Shown here: piece by piece, positions 37,752-47,423 of the stretch
Layout of the letters: each line of letters begins with the position of its first letter
Numbering within the stretch: position 1 is the first letter of the stretch
IMG/VR virus record: IMGVR_UViG_3300022933_000007
Span: 1-53,001 of that record
Source: a virus
Lineage: Duplodnaviria; Caudoviricetes
Reading direction: 5' to 3' (one strand)
DNA length: 53,001 nucleotides
Notes under the pieces: model-generated
What the model was told of the DNA's origin: nothing
Seen by the model: the letters and a program-made list of their open reading frames with translations, nothing else
Databases searched by the model: none
Position numbers and translations under genes: made by a program

Positions 37752-38100
37752 TTTTATCTTTGAATATATTAGGGCAGTTATAATGCTGGACATCAACTAC
37801 TACACAGTCATTCCACTCTAGAGTTTTCTTCTGTACCTTATCTCTATCTGCTGTGACTGAGCCTGAGTGATGTGCGTCTTGGACTCTTACTACTATGGGC
37901 ATTTGTTTTTCTCTGAATACTACTATGTCTAATGTTTCTTTTTCTTGTCTTTCTGTTACTGCCCCCACAAAATCTCCCTTCATGAGTTTGCTAAAGTTCC
38001 ATTGAATTTTGATGTCAGCGTCAGGGTATAAGTCCTTAAGTATACTTACACATACATCTTCTCCATGCCCAATGATTTGACCAAACTTATTTTTATACAA
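37690..38100 (-). CDS. Restriction-endonuclease-fold (Vsr/DUF559-like) protein
   Basis: GE...LDIVV...IVVRVQDAHH...D..QK..L. Confidence 0.55.
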   Translation of the reverse strand: MYKNKFGQIIGHGEDVCVSILKDLYPDADIKIQWNFSKLMKGDFVGAVTERQEKETLDIVVFREKQMPIVVRVQDAHHSGSVTADRDKVQKKTLEWNDCVVVDVQHYNCPNIFKDKTNEESRRELLEAFADEGIVF

Positions 38101-38338
38101 ATGTGTTCTCCCATTCTACTTTAGTAATATTAAATGGTACAGGGGTTGTAGGTTTGTCCATGATTTTATGTAAGACTCTAGCGATATTTTCATTCATTGC
38201 TTCTTGCTGAACTCTAGACATATGTTTACAGTATCTATCATATATCTTTACGTGCATATCTTGTTGGACAGGTGTTTCTCTTACCATGCCTAGAAAGTCT
38301 AGGAGTTCTAAGAAGATTGACTTGTAGTTAATTTTCAT
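38093..38338 (-). CDS. Hypothetical protein
   Basis: Overlaps both neighbours. Confidence 0.5.
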   Translation of the reverse strand: MKINYKSIFLELLDFLGMVRETPVQQDMHVKIYDRYCKHMSRVQQEAMNENIARVLHKIMDKPTTPVPFNITKVEWENTFV

Positions 38339-38687
38339 ATGTTCTCTCTAATACATCCCACTTCTTAAGTGTTGTGGAGTATTTAACATTGAATGACATT
38401 ACCTTAGAGTTCTTTACTTTCTTTACCCAGTCTTTTAGTGGTGCTTCTTTTGCCCACGCATTTGTTTTAAGTTGTAAGAATACTAAGTTATTATCTGGGT
38501 CAAGACATATACCATCAAAGAGATTCCACAAGTCTAGTGCCCTATACCATGTGTCTTTACCATCATCCTTATAGACCAAGTCATGTCTACGCCCATGAGC
38601 CTTGAGCCATATTTCTGTGTAACCTTGCTTAAGTAAGTATAGTACAACCTTACGGTTGGAACTCCTCATTCGTTGTCGAGGATTCAA
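38328..38687 (-). CDS. Hjc-like Holliday junction resolvase (PD-(D/E)XK fold)
   Basis: YL.KQGY...LFDGICL...LVFLQLKT; downstream of RadA. Confidence 0.6.
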   Translation of the reverse strand: MNPRQRMRSSNRKVVLYLLKQGYTEIWLKAHGRRHDLVYKDDGKDTWYRALDLWNLFDGICLDPDNNLVFLQLKTNAWAKEAPLKDWVKKVKNSKVMSFNVKYSTTLKKWDVLERTYEN

Positions 38688-38827
38688 CTTAATACTTCCT
38701 TATAGCATCCCTCTTTAATTTTAAATATATCTCCAATATAAAATGGTATTAATTTATTAATTATAAGTATTGTTCTATAGTCAGGTAGTAATGCTATATA
38801 CTCTATTTCATATTGCATAATTATAAA

Positions 38828-38920
38828 GACAGGGCATCAATGAAAGGAAAACAAACAGCATTGAAAATGCCATAAAACCTCTGCTCAACTTTCGGTATAT
38901 AATTGAGTTCTAGCCCTATC
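38828..38920 (-). ncRNA. Candidate structured RNA or leader
   Basis: 8-bp terminal stem GATAGGGC/GCCCTGTC enclosing two hairpins; TTTTATAT about 25 nt upstream. Confidence 0.4.
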
Positions 38921-38966
38921 ATAATAAGTATACTAAGTAATGATATAAAAAGGTTGGGGAGTGTTG

Positions 38967-39959
38967 TTATTCAACAACATCTATACCCTTAGCAGTTAAG
39001 GTATATTCACAGTCTATCAGGTCATCCTTTGGACTGTCAACCATACGTGCAATTCTTCTTTTGCCCTGCTTCTTTAGGTATATTCTATATGTACTTGCGT
39101 GTGCAACTACATTACCTCCGATTGGTTTAGTCGGGTCACCAAACATAATGCTTGGGTCGGTTTGTACTTGGTTTGTGAGTATTATTGTACACTTAAAGTA
39201 ATAGCATATATTCTTTAAATGTGTCATGACTCTTCTCAACTTGTTTTGACGTACTGAAAGTGTTCCTCTTCCTAAGTATTCCTCTGCGTATTGTCCTATT
39301 ACTCCGTCTACTATGATTAGGGGTGTTGTGTTTTGTGTTAAGTGTATTGCTATTCCCCCCTCTTCTTTTTCATAGTCCTCTGTATTTGGAGTATGTCTAT
39401 ATGTCAGATTCTTAAGTAGTCCTTTCGCTTCGTCTTGGTCTGCTACCAATCCTCTATTAACCATGATGTCAACTAATCTTTGTGGCTTGAATGTATCTTC
39501 ACAGTCAAACCATATGACGTTTCCACCTCTTGCTAATACTATGGCACATGCAGTAAGACTTAGTTGTGTCTTACCTGAACCAAATTCTCCATAGAACTCG
39601 TATAACGATTCAGGCAATAAGCCACCACCAAATAGTTTATCAAGTTCTGGAACATCAAGAGTAATCTTTTCTATATTCTCTTGGTATTCTAACAAGTCAA
39701 GAGCATTCATTGCAGGGTCTCTTACAAGTCCTAACTCTACAAGTTTAGCTTTGGATAACAATACCCAATTCTGAACTGTGTTTTTGTCTGCACCTGTAAT
39801 CTCTTCAACTTCTCTTGCACCTCTAATGCACAAGTCGTAAAGAGTTGTCATGCCATACCCTGCTAATTTCTTTACAGTAACATCGCCAAGTCCTTTAAGT
39901 TGTTTTAAACCAAGGTCGATAGATAATTCTGTTTCTTCTATAGCACTCTCTTCGCTCAT
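38967..39959 (-). CDS. radA: DNA repair and recombination protein RadA
   Basis: N-terminal HhH, Walker A GEFGSGKTQ, ILTNQV, KPIGGNVVAHASTYRIYL, RIARMVDSP. Confidence 0.95.
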   Translation of the reverse strand: MSEESAIEETELSIDLGLKQLKGLGDVTVKKLAGYGMTTLYDLCIRGAREVEEITGADKNTVQNWVLLSKAKLVELGLVRDPAMNALDLLEYQENIEKITLDVPELDKLFGGGLLPESLYEFYGEFGSGKTQLSLTACAIVLARGGNVIWFDCEDTFKPQRLVDIMVNRGLVADQDEAKGLLKNLTYRHTPNTEDYEKEEGGIAIHLTQNTTPLIIVDGVIGQYAEEYLGRGTLSVRQNKLRRVMTHLKNICYYFKCTIILTNQVQTDPSIMFGDPTKPIGGNVVAHASTYRIYLKKQGKRRIARMVDSPKDDLIDCEYTLTAKGIDVVE

Positions 39960-40000
39960 TAAGTATAGTTAATTACTAAGTATAAAAGGGTTGGGGGGAG

Positions 40001-42007
40001 TTATAGAAGCCCACTTGTTTTCTTCCATAATCCACCACCTTGCATTTTGATTTGACATTCTTTCTCCATGTTAGCAAATGCTTCTTGTGCTTGATGTTCT
40101 GAGAACAATCCTGTATCAACAAGTTTTTCTACAAAGTCTTTGGACTTTACCAAACCCATTGAGTTTTCTGACATTCTCCAACACTTTGACATTGCTACTT
40201 TCTTTCCATCTTTCTTGGTGACAAACTGTGACTGCATTGATTCGCCACTGTCCAAGTCAACGTTAAGAGATTGGTATGAAGACTTTAACAGATTCGTTAC
40301 AATTTTCAAATCATTTGCATCCACTTCATCCTTTAACATTAGTTTCGCGTGGGCATACGCAAGTCTCATTATACCTTCAAGTTGTCTAGTACCAACTGCA
40401 AGTGCATCGTTTGACTTACTTGCACGTCTTAGAGAATGGTAAAGTTCCTTTGCCTTTACTCTAAGTTCTTCTGATATGGTTGGTGTTAAACCTCTTGCGT
40501 GATTCAAGTATGCAGTCAACTGTTCCACGTTCAAGTATATCTTAGATGTATTTTCTTCTTCGTCAAGGAAGTCGTTGATGATATGGTTAGCCTTTAACTC
40601 ATCAAACTTCTCATCTACCTTATCTACTATGAGCCAAATCAAATCAAACCTTGATAGGATTGTAGCAGTTAAGTTTAAGTTATCTGCTAGACTTGATTCA
40701 CTATCATATTTACCTCCGATTGGATTTGCAGCAGCGAGTATTGACGTCTTTGTTGGGAGGCTCATGATGATACCTGCTTTGGCAATAGATGTAGTCTGCT
40801 GTTCCATAGCCTCGTGTATGGCACTTCGGTCATTAGTATTCATCTTATCGAACTCGTCTATCATTGCAAAGCCACCACTACAGATAGGTAACACTCCTGC
40901 CATTGCTACCTTTCTTCCAGAGTCTAGCGTGACTATACCTATTGTAAGTCCTGCTGATGTTGAGCCTTTGCCCGATGTGTATAATGATTTTTGTGTTATA
41001 CTCTCTGCGAATTGTAGCATTACTGACTTTGCCATTGATGGGTCTCCTACTAGTATTTGGTTTATGTCTGACCTTCTCTTTCCTTTCTTTCCCCCCACCA
41101 ATTGAAGTAAGATTGCCAACTTCATATCTCTATACTGCTGGTTTGCAAATATAGATGGAGCGTATGAATCAATTAGTTTCTCACAAAAGTCGGACTTTGT
41201 AGAATCCTCATAGTATTTTTCAAGTTCTTCCTTTGTTGGAATGAGTGGTTCAGTTGATTCAATATCTATCATTGATGTTATCTCTATAAAGATAGAGTGT
41301 TCATTCTCTTTGGGGTTTATCTTTGAATGGAATATGCCTGTCATCTTTTTCTTCTGACCGGGAAATGCAGTACCAACATGTTCATCATATATCTTGGCTT
41401 CAAATGATATAGGGTTGTTGTGTTTTGATTCCTCAAGTGATTCCTGAATAACTACAGTCTGAACATATCCTGTTATCATTCTCTTTTTATCCAACTCACA
41501 TTTTGCTTTCTTACAACCATCGGTTGAACAGTATACAGTGAGCAATGATTTGTCAAAGTCTGCTTTCATATTGTATTCATTAAAGCATTTAGGACATACA
41601 AATGTTGCACTCTTGATATACGTCATCCAAGAATCCCCTGCTATTATCTCACAGTTGAATGCTATTGGTGAGTTCTCATGCTCAATAGGATTGATGTCAT
41701 GTAATAGTATGGTATCAGATGTGGTGAACTCTATACTAAGATTTTTGAATGTTGCTCCAACTTCGATGTCAGGATATATCTCTGTTAGTATCAGATATAC
41801 AGCCTTGAGATATTCATCTCTGAATTTGCCAGAGTCGGATAGATAATAGTCTACCCATAATGGGTCGCCTACATTAACATATACCTTGCTGTTCTCATGT
41901 AGTTTTGATATGACATTGAATGTTTCCTTGTCATTCTCAATGGTTTCTCTTATCCTGTCTCTCATAGCAGAGTCAGTGTATGTTACTTCTTCACTCATAA
42001 TCTTCAT
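40001..42007 (-). CDS. mcm: MCM replicative helicase (likely start ATG 41998)
   Basis: C4 Zn finger, GDPSMAKS, IDEFDKM, AIHEAMEQQ, AAANP, LSRFDL. Confidence 0.95.
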   Translation of the reverse strand: MKIMSEEVTYTDSAMRDRIRETIENDKETFNVISKLHENSKVYVNVGDPLWVDYYLSDSGKFRDEYLKAVYLILTEIYPDIEVGATFKNLSIEFTTSDTILLHDINPIEHENSPIAFNCEIIAGDSWMTYIKSATFVCPKCFNEYNMKADFDKSLLTVYCSTDGCKKAKCELDKKRMITGYVQTVVIQESLEESKHNNPISFEAKIYDEHVGTAFPGQKKKMTGIFHSKINPKENEHSIFIEITSMIDIESTEPLIPTKEELEKYYEDSTKSDFCEKLIDSYAPSIFANQQYRDMKLAILLQLVGGKKGKRRSDINQILVGDPSMAKSVMLQFAESITQKSLYTSGKGSTSAGLTIGIVTLDSGRKVAMAGVLPICSGGFAMIDEFDKMNTNDRSAIHEAMEQQTTSIAKAGIIMSLPTKTSILAAANPIGGKYDSESSLADNLNLTATILSRFDLIWLIVDKVDEKFDELKANHIINDFLDEEENTSKIYLNVEQLTAYLNHARGLTPTISEELRVKAKELYHSLRRASKSNDALAVGTRQLEGIMRLAYAHAKLMLKDEVDANDLKIVTNLLKSSYQSLNVDLDSGESMQSQFVTKKDGKKVAMSKCWRMSENSMGLVKSKDFVEKLVDTGLFSEHQAQEAFANMEKECQIKMQGGGLWKKTSGLL

Positions 42008-42143
42008 ACGCCTCTATCGTGTGTGGTTGTGGCATAGGTATATCAAGACCTTCAAATGCTTTAGTTAAGTCAGTAACATCTGGCATATTAACTCTATATT
42101 TGCGTACCTTTTTCTTACCGTATGCTTTGTCTGTGTTCTTCAT
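41991..42143 (-). CDS. NTDK-tag peptide 6 (50 aa) directly upstream of MCM
   Basis: Manual translation MKNTDKAYGKKKVRKYRVNMP...EAYEDYE; ATGA overlap upstream, overlaps MCM start. Confidence 0.65.
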   Translation of the reverse strand: MKNTDKAYGKKKVRKYRVNMPDVTDLTKAFEGLDIPMPQPHTIEAYEDYE

Positions 42144-42475
42144 CCAATCATCTCCTGTAGTTTCTTGTTGATGATATTATCTAACTGCTGATGTCTCTTT
42201 TGAAATTTCTTAAGTTCTGTCTTTGGCATTTTGTCAACGTATTTCTTCCACATGTTAATCTCGGAATAAAACAATGGAGTAACCATCATGTCTTTATTTG
42301 CAAAGTCCGTAATTTTCATTTCACTTCCTTTATGTTTCTCATGATACTCACTTGCACTTACACCTAGAAACTGTGAGAATGAAATATGATTTGGTCTGAT
42401 AGAATCGAGTAGTTTAAAATATCCTCGGTTAGTATCAGTTATTGATAACGCCACCATACTTCTGTCTAAGTTCAT
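42140..42475 (-). CDS. Hypothetical protein, possible ribbon-helix-helix DNA binder
   Basis: First gene of MCM operon; strand-helix-helix N-terminus. Confidence 0.5.
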   Translation of the reverse strand: MNLDRSMVALSITDTNRGYFKLLDSIRPNHISFSQFLGVSASEYHEKHKGSEMKITDFANKDMMVTPLFYSEINMWKKYVDKMPKTELKKFQKRHQQLDNIINKKLQEMIG

Positions 42476-42585
42476 AATAAAAAGAGAGTGTGTATAGTAT
42501 ATAATACTTATGTAGAGTTATACAAGATATATAAGTTATATATATTATATATATAATAATAAAAAAGGTATAATAGGATTTTTAT

Positions 42586-42711
42586 CTAGACTGTTTTTCC
42601 TAGACGAAAGGTCTTACCCTTTTGTTCTAACTGTTGTGATATGTTACCTGCTTCAGAAACTGGAACACAGAGAGGATTATCCAAACCGTCAATATGAATC
42701 ATAATATGCAT
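42586..42711 (-). CDS. 41-aa peptide
   Basis: Manual translation MHIMIHIDGLDNPLCVPVSEAG...; TATA upstream. Confidence 0.4.
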   Translation of the reverse strand: MHIMIHIDGLDNPLCVPVSEAGNISQQLEQKGKTFRLGKTV

Positions 42712-42798
42712 AAGGTAATATTGTAAAGTATGGTTAATAAGTATTACCGAATATATTCTAACATAAAAAAGGGATAAAGAATATAGATGAAAAAATAT

Positions 42799-43065
42799 CT
42801 ATATAGATTTGTAGACGTAACCACACCCACAGTCACATCTGTTTCGTGAGACTTCACCATTATTGTGAAAGTCTTTCATGTTCTTCTCAACATTGCGTCT
42901 GACTGTTTCAGGGAATGCTTCGAATACGGACTTGCAAGTAACATTACCTTCCTGTTCACTTATCCATTTGAGCATTCTTTGTTTGAGTGTTACTCTTACT
43001 TCTTTTGACTTTGGTTGTTCTGTTACTAGTTTTTTATTCCTCACGATTTTCTTAGATATGACCAC
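42799..43065 (-). CDS. Winged-helix-like protein with C-terminal CxCxC
   Basis: Three-helix pattern followed by beta-hairpin. Confidence 0.5.
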   Translation of the reverse strand: MVISKKIVRNKKLVTEQPKSKEVRVTLKQRMLKWISEQEGNVTCKSVFEAFPETVRRNVEKNMKDFHNNGEVSRNRCDCGCGYVYKSI

Positions 43066-43867
43066 TTACTTTCCCTCCATATGCATTGATACTAAGTGTT
43101 GCTGTTCCCGGATGTGAGTATACGACTTCGTTCTTTCTGTCCATGTATCCGTCAGCGTTGTCGACTAGGGTATGACAGAATGTGCCACCGTTAACTAGGT
43201 GAATATCCTTCTCCCATCTACAACCTGATTCATAGTCAAAGTCATTGGCTACCTCTGGGGTATATCTCTTTTGATGTAAGTGTCCACATAAGAATATGTC
43301 AGCATACACATTCTTTTTCATTTGGTCAAACATACGTTCTGGCTTTCCACCACCACTTCCATGTATGGCTAGTATGGTTTGTTGCATGAGAATCTCATCT
43401 CTGTATTTTATCTCAAGTCCTACCATTGCTCTACTACCTAAGAATGTTATTCCATTAGGTTCAGTGAAATGATTCTCGAGATAACTACGAGTGATACTTG
43501 GTATCTTGTATTCGTGATTACCATGTAATAACCCCCATATCTTCTCATTACGTTTGCCTGTTGTTCTACTTTCAATATGGGCTTCTATCAATGGGGATGT
43601 TAATCTATCCCATTTCAAACGTTGATTATCTATGTCATGTTCTATTGACATGTCTGGATTGAATCGCTTATCATAAGTAGTGATAGCATCTATTTGGTCT
43701 CCTAAAAAAATGGTGTATCTGTCTGGGTCATTTGTTATTGCCTTGATTCTTTTCTTGTATAGTTTCTCATCGAAACCGGCATGACCTATATGTATATCAC
43801 TCAAAGGTTCTAGATGAATGGTATCATCTTTCTTCTTTAAGTTGATAGTAACTTTCTTACTAAACAT
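43052..43867 (-). CDS. Calcineurin-like metallophosphoesterase
   Basis: SDIHIG, LGDQID, HGNHE, HGSG, GHLH motifs. Confidence 0.88.
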   Translation of the reverse strand: MFSKKVTINLKKKDDTIHLEPLSDIHIGHAGFDEKLYKKRIKAITNDPDRYTIFLGDQIDAITTYDKRFNPDMSIEHDIDNQRLKWDRLTSPLIEAHIESRTTGKRNEKIWGLLHGNHEYKIPSITRSYLENHFTEPNGITFLGSRAMVGLEIKYRDEILMQQTILAIHGSGGGKPERMFDQMKKNVYADIFLCGHLHQKRYTPEVANDFDYESGCRWEKDIHLVNGGTFCHTLVDNADGYMDRKNEVVYSHPGTATLSINAYGGKVSGHI

Positions 43868-43899
43868 ATGTTCGGTTGGTAGACCGAACTATATAATAC

Positions 43900-44301
43900 T
43901 TATGCAGAGTTTGGTTGTTCAGGTTTAGGTTGATTCCATACTAGGCGTGTCTTGGCTTTTTGTTCATCTGTTAATATCATAAAGTCTATTTCATCTAACA
44001 CCTCTCCGTTAGGATGATGTCTTGTCTTATGTTCACTTAGAGTTGTTGCTCTTGCATGGTCTGGATTTCTTCTACACCAATCATCAGACATGCAGTGTCC
44101 TGAATTACCTAGACATAATTCACATTCGGCATAGTCAGCACTCGTAGTTTTCTGAACCTTATTTTCTGGGGGCTTGTTACACCACTTACCATCCATACGT
44201 TTATGATTCTCTAGTTTCCACTTTCCTGTTTTTTTATTAAAGTCGTAATCCCAACCTAGATTCTTCTTACCACATTTATTACAAACTTTTGTTCCTGTCA
44301 T
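43900..44301 (-). CDS. Zn-binding hypothetical protein
   Basis: CNKC...H...C; CELC. Confidence 0.55.
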   Translation of the reverse strand: MTGTKVCNKCGKKNLGWDYDFNKKTGKWKLENHKRMDGKWCNKPPENKVQKTTSADYAECELCLGNSGHCMSDDWCRRNPDHARATTLSEHKTRHHPNGEVLDEIDFMILTDEQKAKTRLVWNQPKPEQPNSA

Positions 44302-44346
44302 AAAAATAAAAGGGGGTGTAAAGATATATAACTCTAACTAAGAGTT

Positions 44347-44733
44347 CTAAATCAGTTTACTATTTAGTGCAAAGAATAACTGGTCTACTAACTTACTTCG
44401 GATTTGTCCGAAGGTATGTGTGTTCTCATCTAAGTCAGGATATAAAACCTTGACTGCTTTATGAGATGCAGCTATTGCCTGTACTACCTTCTCCATTTTT
44501 TCGGTCATGGCAGCAGGAACTTCTACATCAGGACAAACTGTTTGGATTGTCTTATTGTAGGAACTCTGTCTCCCACCAAAACCAGATGCTGGAGCATTGG
44601 CTTTTTGTGTCTCGAAACATTCTTGTGAAGTACATGTGATTTTTGGGTCTTTTGAATAGTGGATTTGGTCTCCAACTTTCCAAGGAACCCCACAGTGCTT
44701 ACATGTTCCGGGATATCTACTTTCTAAAGTCAT
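44347..44733 (-). CDS. Zn-finger hypothetical protein
   Basis: SRYPGTCKHCG...GDQI...C...C. Confidence 0.6.
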   Translation of the reverse strand: MTLESRYPGTCKHCGVPWKVGDQIHYSKDPKITCTSQECFETQKANAPASGFGGRQSSYNKTIQTVCPDVEVPAAMTEKMEKVVQAIAASHKAVKVLYPDLDENTHTFGQIRSKLVDQLFFALNSKLI

Positions 44734-44767
44734 TGTACTTATTGTACTGGTATAGTATTTATCTCTG

Positions 44768-45088
44768 TTGGTATGTTTTCTCTCCCGGCAAGATTTAAAT
44801 ACAACTAATATAATGAGTAGTATGGCACAACGAAGAAGTGGAAATAGTCATACCACGATTTCAATAACGTGGGCTGATAAAGACGAGTTTAGAAGATTCG
44901 CTAAAGAAGTAAAGACTACCAAGAATGGTAAGATGTTTGAACCTGATGCTGAACTCTTTACAAAACTATTAGAGTATTACAAGTCAGACCCAACACATAG
45001 TAGGAATGATATTATACCAAAGACATATCCTAATAAAATTTCTCAAGATGATGTCCAGCTAGATTCCTCTCACGAGGAACCCAAATAA
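44768..45088 (+). CDS. Putative ribbon-helix-helix regulator (likely start at an internal Met)
   Basis: HTTISITW.DK..F pattern; TTTAAATA near 44793. Confidence 0.45.
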   Translation: MVCFLSRQDLNTTNIMSSMAQRRSGNSHTTISITWADKDEFRRFAKEVKTTKNGKMFEPDAELFTKLLEYYKSDPTHSRNDIIPKTYPNKISQDDVQLDSSHEEPK

Positions 45089-45398
45089 TCCTATCACCCC
45101 TCTTCATTTTCTTTTTTACTATAGTTAATAATCTTTTAAGATTTGGTGTATGACATCTATAATATTCATTTATATGATTAACTATAAGTTGACTGTCACT
45201 TATCAATAGTAATTTATCGCGTGGATATAAACGCCTACCATATTCTATACCATATATGACAGCCAAATATTCTAGGTCATTATTAGTCAATTCTTGTACA
45301 CTGGTTCTCTTTTTAACAAAGTCTCTATTTCTTTGTGGGTCATGAACACACACAACATTGCCTCTAGTACCTCCATCTACATAGAGTTTAACTACCGT
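45030..45398 (-). CDS. RNase HI-family protein; catalytic N-terminus lies upstream of the tracked start
   Basis: KLYVDGGTRG in frame upstream; TNNDLEYLA, ISDSQL, WVPRERNLAG. Confidence 0.8.
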   Translation of the reverse strand, partial: TVVKLYVDGGTRGNVVCVHDPQRNRDFVKKRTSVQELTNNDLEYLAVIYGIEYGRRLYPRDKLLLISDSQLIVNHINEYYRCHTPNLKRLLTIVKKKMKRGDRIIWVPRERNLAGHHLEKFY

Positions 45399-45658
45399 GC
45401 TTTCTCAGCCTCATCATTTGATAGTTCATTCTGTTTAAAGTTTGCATCATACAATAAAATATTATGAGTCTTTTTTTCCTCTTCTGTTGGAGGTCTTTCT
45501 ATCTCGTTTTCTTCTTCTGTGTTGGTCGACTCTGTCGGAGTTATCATACTGTATATCATCTTTAACATCAGGTAAGCTAGCATTATCAATCCAACCGGCA
45601 AGAAGACAACTAACATGATACCCATTGTCACCCATAGAAGTGTATCTGATTTTCCCAT
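45392..45658 (-). CDS. Small membrane protein with acidic tail
   Basis: Long hydrophobic N-terminus. Confidence 0.55.
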   Translation of the reverse strand: MGKSDTLLWVTMGIMLVVFLPVGLIMLAYLMLKMIYSMITPTESTNTEEENEIERPPTEEEKKTHNILLYDANFKQNELSNDEAEKAR

Positions 45659-45875
45659 ATGTATAATTAACCTTACCCATATTTAAATAAATTGGAATGT
45701 TATATAAAAAGAAAGGGGTTAGGCGAAGTGTTGAGGGTCTTCTTTCTTCTCGTCTTCTTCACCTAATAGTCTCTTACATGCTTCGTATCTAATTCTAAGA
45801 AAATCGTCTCCTGTTGAATCATATAACGCTTTGTTCTGGTCACGTAATGATTCCCATTGTTTCTTGCGAGGGTCT

Positions 45876-46091
45876 TCAGTCATCTGATAAACCTCCTAAA
45901 GAACCGTATATAGGTTTTGTGTGGTCTTCTGAGCATCCACATGTAACACATCTAACTTTACTACCATCAGGTGTATCAAATATCATGTTATCTATACTGC
46001 TTTCTGGATGAGTTCTTTCATGTTGTGTGATAAGTCCTTCAACATAATTTCCTTCATATTCAAAGTCACAGTGTCTACAAGTATACTTCAT
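45876..46091 (-). CDS. C2H2/CxxC Zn-finger mini-protein
   Basis: CRHC...HERTH; CVTC..H. Confidence 0.6.
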   Translation of the reverse strand: MKYTCRHCDFEYEGNYVEGLITQHERTHPESSIDNMIFDTPDGSKVRCVTCGCSEDHTKPIYGSLGGLSDD

Positions 46092-46261
46092 TGTTTATTA
46101 CTCTTTTTCTGTTCGTTATATATGTTTCTGCATGTGTCTCCACAGTAGATTTTTTGTCTGCCTTTATATCTCCACGGCAATTGTGCCTTACAATTAATAC
46201 ATAGTTTAGGTTCAGAAGATTTCAATACTATATAAAGTTATTAGTTATATTTAAGCTTTTA

Positions 46262-47392
46262 TTATTCTTCTATGTCATGAGTCTTGGTTAGTTTGGTTAC
46301 ACCATAACCTAACCCATATGTTTTAAATGATTTAGTAACACCTATTTTGTTTCCTTCTTCTTCTTTTTCATATCTTGTGTTATGAACACCGTTGAATGAA
46401 CCGGCATCACCTGTTCCCATTGATGCATTTTCTTTTGTCTCTGGTGCAAGACCTGCTCTAATTTCATTATCTACATTTTCATCTTTACCCAAATATTCTT
46501 CATCTTGTGCTCCTTTCTTTTCTTCTTCTACATCTTCTGTTTTAACACCAGACATCATGTTAGTCATACCACCTGTTGCAGAACCATCTTTGTTTTCTAC
46601 TTCTGGTTTTTTATAAGAGTCTGGAACTTGTTCAGATTCTGTAGTAGAAGTATCTGCGTCAAGGTTATCGTGTTTGAAATTTGTTCTATCATCATCGATT
46701 GGTTTTGCCTCATAGTCGTCAGGAGCATCGAAGTGTATGCTTGTATCGATTCCACCATACTTACCTTGTTCAAAGTTGGACTTTATAACGTTTTGGGCTT
46801 CGGCTGGAATGTCTGCCCAATCACGAGTAACATATGATAATGGACATCTAGACTTTGATAATATCTCTACTCTCTCATCTGCTTCCATATGAGCCCATGT
46901 TCTACCTTTAGTTAAAATCTGTTCTACAAAGAATACATCTGAAACTTGAATATCTTGATATCCACCTGTCTCTTTTCTAACAGTAAAGAATTCTGTGGTC
47001 ATTGCATAAACTGTACCTTTACCTTCTTCACCATTTAAGTAATACTTGATAGTGTCATTAAGTTGAACGTCTGCTATTTTGTTTTTGTCTGGCAACTTAT
47101 CTTTCTTCTGCGGTGCTCCTATATAAATATCACTCTCTTTTGCACCATCTGCGTGTATATTTCGTACATTTAAGTTGTCTTCTACGCTTTGAAACTTCTT
47201 TTTTGGTGCATCATCACCACCCTCATCGTCCTTAAATGCAGGACTAGGATGTGCCCATCGCTCTACTTCATTGTCTCCTACTTCCTCTGCACTAGCGTCA
47301 GTTGTAGGTGTAAATACGTGCCTTCCTTGAACTCTTTTCCATTCTCCACTTTCGCCTTCTGGCGTAAGAATGCTTGGTTTTCTGAAAGGCAT
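46262..47392 (-). CDS. Acidic hypothetical protein, possibly head-associated
   Basis: 376 aa downstream of terminase; low-complexity linkers like those of the scaffold and protease extension. Confidence 0.5.
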   Translation of the reverse strand: MPFRKPSILTPEGESGEWKRVQGRHVFTPTTDASAEEVGDNEVERWAHPSPAFKDDEGGDDAPKKKFQSVEDNLNVRNIHADGAKESDIYIGAPQKKDKLPDKNKIADVQLNDTIKYYLNGEEGKGTVYAMTTEFFTVRKETGGYQDIQVSDVFFVEQILTKGRTWAHMEADERVEILSKSRCPLSYVTRDWADIPAEAQNVIKSNFEQGKYGGIDTSIHFDAPDDYEAKPIDDDRTNFKHDNLDADTSTTESEQVPDSYKKPEVENKDGSATGGMTNMMSGVKTEDVEEEKKGAQDEEYLGKDENVDNEIRAGLAPETKENASMGTGDAGSFNGVHNTRYEKEEEGNKIGVTKSFKTYGLGYGVTKLTKTHDIEE

Positions 47393-47423
47393 AACTCAAT
47401 AATGCTTTTATCGCTTATATATA

